A stretch of DNA of 64,000 nt from Paramecium tetraurelia (Eukaryota): the NCBI GenBank assembly GCA_000165425.1, contig CT868024.1:124001-188000 (forward strand), in the 5' to 3' direction. The notes under the pieces were generated by a model that was not told the DNA's origin, made no database searches, and saw only the letters and a list, made by a program, of their open reading frames with translations. Position numbers and translations under genes: made by a program. Position 1 is the first letter of the stretch; each line of letters starts with the position of its first letter. Of the stretch, positions 59,381 through 64,000 are shown piece by piece.

Positions 59381-61529
59381 ATGATAGAAGAAGAGGGACA
59401 ACAAGTAAAGAGCTAATTGGAACAGCAATTGATAGAAGCAATTCTAGACTCGCTATAGAATCATATGGACCAGAATGCCATCTTTTTGGGTAAGGAGTGT
59501 TGAGTTCAAATTTCAATAGCTGAGAGATTGGTGTACGAACGAGACACAGAGGAGCACAGATCAATCCTAGCAGAATGCTATTTACATGAGAATCAGGCTT
59601 ATAAGGCATGTCATATATTGAAGGAATGCAAGTCAGAGTTTAATCGGTACATCAAAATGTCTAATAGTAACTCAGTTATCAACTGGCTGTTGCATGGTTC
59701 AGGAGTAAAAAATACAAGGAAGCTGAGATGGCATTAATAGGACCTTCCTTTAGCAATCAATTCGCGATATAGTCAACAAATGTGCCAAATGGAGGTTTTG
59801 GCCACTTCTTATTGGGATAGATTTATGAACAGATGCATAGACTAGAAGATGCCAAAATCTAATATTACAAGGCTTTGGATTAGAATCCAACTCTTTGGAT
59901 GGCCTTTGAAAGGTTGTCCAAGATTGGAGAACCAGTCGCAATCAATAAAGTGTTTATTGAACAAAAACAAAGACAATATGAGACAAGCAGATAATAGAGT
60001 TGTAACATTTACAAAATAATTGCTAACTTACTTAAAAGCAAATCAAATATTGGCAAATCAGGTTCAAAAGAAGTCGAAGATGTTAAAGAAGAATCTCTAA
60101 TAACTGATAATGTAATTTAAAATTAAATAATAAGCAATTGGCAAATAAGAGATAAACTCAAGGAGTGAAACCATTCTCAACTACTGGAGTGTAGGCTTAA
60201 ATAATGCATATGGATGACTCATCGAATAGTTAAATGAAGTTTTCCTGTAAGTTTAATATGATAATATTTTAAGAGCCTTAGTAGAAGAAGGTGGGGGCCA
60301 AGATGATCCCAACTCCTGGTATTGGACTCCAGAATTATCAGTCTCTACTGAGTCAACCATTCCAGTTATCATAAAATTCAAACAAGAATTACAATGCAAA
60401 AAAGAGTGAAATCCAGAAAGTAGCTCTTTCATCATCATCATCTAGTTTAATGAAGTATTGAAATTATTCTAATGGAAGCTTACCTCAACTCTTAAAATTA
60501 TTTGCTCATCCATATCAATTGTGGACTAACTATTCTGTGGAGGCAATAGCCAATTTTTAGAAACTGCCTCCTCAGCATTACAGATCAGGATGGGTTTTAG
60601 AGAAGGTTGCCAGAAGCTTTATGGATTAAGTCAAATATACAGATGCTGAAAGAGTTTGGAAGGAGTTGAGACAAATTGAACCCACTCGATTGGAGGGTAT
60701 GGATTACTACTCATCTTGTTTATGGCATTTGAAGAAATAATCAGAATTAACATATTTAGCACACTCTTGTTTATAAATCTCTACTCAAGCACCTGAAACA
60801 TGGATTGCAATTGGAAATTGTTTTAGTTTGACCAAAGAAATAGATAATTCAATCAAATTCTTTGGGAGAGCCATTCAATTGAGGAAAGATTACTCTTATG
60901 CTTACACTTTGTCTGGACATGAATTTTCACAAAATGAAAACTTTCAATAAGCCAAAAAATCATATGAGGCTGCCACCTCATTAGATTAGAGACAATACAA
61001 TGCTTGGTGGGGTTAGGGTAATATGTATTACAAGACGGATAAATATGAGGATGCCATCAAATGCTTCATCTAAGCCATCAGAATAAATCCCAATAATCCT
61101 GTTCTACCTACATTTTTAGCTATGAGTTATGCTGCCAAGGGTGAACATAATGATGCTTTGAAGTACTTCGAATAGAGTGAGAGGTTAGATCCCATGAATG
61201 GACTTAACAAATACTAGAAAGTACATAATTATTATGATCAAATTAGGCAAATTCATTGATTAAAATGGATAAATACGAATAAGCTTTAAGTGAATTGCAG
61301 ACTTTGAGTTAATTTATTCCCAAAGAGGCTGCCATCTATATTCTTATGGGTCGTATATTAAAAAAGTTGAATAAGATCCAAGAAGCATAAAAGTAACATT
61401 AAATTTTATGTTTTTAGTTGTTTCAATATGGCAATGTCACTTGATATGAAAGATTAGGCTAAGATTAAAGGGCTGATGGAAAGTCTGAGCAATCCCAACA
61501 GCGAATTCAACGATGATTTTGATTTATGA
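59381..61529 (+). CDS. CDC27: Anaphase-promoting complex subunit 3 (TPR)
   Basis: NAIFLAERL; RLEGMDYYSSCLWHL; PETWIAIGNCFSL; YAYTLSGHE; RQYNAWWG. Confidence 0.95.
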
Positions 61530-61537
61530 CATGATAA

Positions 61538-61871
61538 TCAATATATGTGCTCGTCTACGGCTATTTAGACAAATTCCTTCTTGTAATCTCCCACTGATTC
61601 AGCTCCAGTTGCTAGCTAGTTGATTCGAGCTGTGCGAACCAAATACTCAGACAATTCCTCTCTCTCACATAATGTTTCCAATGAAAGACGACGAATCCAA
61701 TCAAATCCAGAGAATGCAATTCCTGTATACAACATGTACTTTGGGTACTAATGGCATTCTATACTAATTAATAGACTCCTTACTATATAAAAAAGGTTGA
61801 CGTATCACTCTGCTAACTGTCATTCTGATACCCATTCCAAACAGACATCCAAAAATAAAAGCACTTTCCAT
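61538..61871 (-). CDS. Mitochondrial complex I accessory subunit NDUFC2/B14.5b-like
   Basis: MESAFIFGCLFG..R...YPKYMLY..FDWIRRLSLETLC resembles Tetrahymena NDUC2 as recalled. One intron. Confidence 0.72.
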
Positions 61872-62413
61872 TATATTAATAATTATTATTTAGACTAGAA
61901 AAAGATTATTTTATATATAATTCAATAACTTATTTGAACTGGATATAAACTAACACCTTTACTTTTTAAATGACAATTGCCTTTATCAAAATCTAAAGTG
62001 AATTAAAAAAATATACTCAAATAATTTTTGATGAAAATCCAATAAGGAATCTAATGAAGATAAAATACAAAAGTGCATTTAATTTATTTTTAATAGCCAT
62101 TTACAATCATTAGGTTTTTATTAAACAATAATTAAAAAGGAAAATAAACACAAAATTATCTATTAGAAATAGAATAGTTAAAGCAAAATAAAGAATTAAC
62201 AATCAGATATGTATTTTCATTCATTAAAATCAAAAAATTGAGTACTTCTTTAATTCAATAAATACTATCATAAAAAATCTATCTCAAAGCCACAATTGAT
62301 TTTAGAATTCTATCTAATATAGACCTCCAAGATTAGGAGTGTGATAAATTCATACAGAAAATAATAATTAATATGAATTAATTTTGTTGATTTAATTAAT
62401 TTTTATTTTTATA

Positions 62414-63116
62414 ATGTCTTAACATATTTAAGCATCTGTTTAATTCAGTTTTCCAAAGGCTTCTAGATTTCAAAGAATCCGCACACCTTGTCAAACAGAC
62501 TATTATGAACCAAATTATTTTCGCAGCACCAGGGCATCAGGATTTGGCTATGGCAAAAAGTTTGATTTCACCAAAATTCATTTCTACACAGAGACCTATT
62601 ATGATCCTACCAGCTCTTTTACTAATCACAAGGGGACAAGTTTTGGATTAGGACGAGATCTTGTTAAATATCGAACATACTATCAAGGGAATCGCGTACC
62701 AGGCCCTGGGGCTTACAATAAAAGTTCTAATAAGACAGTCGGTTTTAAAATTGGTGAAAAGTTAAGCAAAACCTAACATGCATCAGAAATGCCTGGTCCT
62801 GGGACTTATGATCCAAATTTATACAAACAGAGAAGTATATCCATCAACAAAAAGCCTGAAAGATTTTCAACTGATTCAACTTTCAACCCTGGCCCAGGAG
62901 AATACTTCGCCTAATCAAAATCCTGCTAATCTAAGGGGAAGTTCGGAAATGCTCAAAGAAAATGTTTTATTGATGAAGCAGTTAGAGCTGCAGAGAAAAG
63001 TGGAGGTATTAATCAATCACCATTAATTAGTACCAGGCCCAGGGAATTATGACAATTTCACTCAGTTTGTGTAGCTAGAAAAATCACATAAGCGTCCTTC
63101 TACTGCCAAAAACTGA
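62414..63116 (+). CDS. SHIPPO/ODF3-type PGP-repeat axonemal protein
   Basis: Four repeats: PGPGAY, PGPGTY, PGPGEY, PGPGNY. Also FSFPKASRF and FGYG. Confidence 0.85.
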
Positions 63117-64000
63117 ATATATAAATCTATTTATAATAACTTTAATCAATAATAAGCTCTAGTTACAATAACTAATTTTGAATCTAAAAATCAAATTACA
63201 AGATAAATGATTATGTTCTCAATCTGCTATTAGTTTTAGATTGTTTTTCTTTTCAAGTCACTATTAAATTATTATAATAATTCAGATATGATTTTACAAG
63301 TTATTATAATTAATAAATAATAAAGTAGATTAAAAAATGACTTTATTAACTATGAAGTTAGTCTTACAATATCAACAATTTTGATGAACAAATTAATATT
63401 TTTAAACAATTCAAGATTAATTGAATTTAAAACTCTAAAATATTTAATGATTGATAGGATATCCGAGAATGAGAATATATTAGTTTGTATATTTAGTAGC
63501 ATGTCTCTTAAGGCAATTTTATATTATATTTCATTTTCCTTCAAAATAGCATAAGCATATGATTTGCATTTCCATTCAAAAACCTAAAGCTTGATATAAT
63601 TTATATTTATTCTTAATATTATTTACAAAATTTTCAGCAATATATAGTTTGCTTATTCTTTCATTAGCAAACATTAATCAAATCCTTATTTTGAAACCAA
63701 ATTTGATCTCCCTTCATATGTGTGCTCTTGTTTTTATAATGTTATCGAAATTGATACTGCTAAAGTTCTTATATATTTTTCTATACTAAAAAATATATTT
63801 GTGAATTCTTTATAATCCCAAAAGTTTCTCAGGTTTGAGAAAATCAAGATGTGTATTGATGATAATATTTAAAAGTTAGAAAGAAAGGAAGGATGCTTCA
63901 AAAAGAAACGTTTTGAATATTTTATCATCAATTATAAATTTAATATAGATGATTATTATTAATATTAACCAAATACAAAATATTTATAATTAATCAATTT

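Overview
AT-rich, gene-dense eukaryotic DNA from a ciliate macronuclear (somatic) chromosome, almost certainly Paramecium (inference). Three things show this: conserved proteins read through TAA/TAG as Gln with TGA as the only stop (code 6), genes are split by tiny 22-29 nt GT..AG introns, and intergenic gaps are often under 50 nt. The supplied standard-code ORF track is therefore fragmentary, so I re-translated by eye. I find about 40 protein genes, including a hybrid histidine kinase, SRPK, MFSD12-like, SQOR, an RBR E3 ligase, CEP164-like, MAPK15, a 2OG-Fe oxygenase, RPS12, LITAF, PHOSPHO-like, WDR20-like, F-BAR, macro domain, XRP2, Hippo/MST kinase, NUFIP1, ATXR5/6-type methyltransferase, PAP2-like, TMEM231, CDC27, NDUFC2-like and a SHIPPO-repeat protein. 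There is also one tRNA-Pro(AGG), one clearly disabled copy of ciliate ATP synthase subunit ATPTT7, and several decayed regions. The most unusual observation is a single reading frame joining an RP2/TBCC (Arl3-GAP-type) domain to a clathrin-light-chain-like C-terminus. All family calls come from motif recall, not database searches, and some gene ends are approximate.
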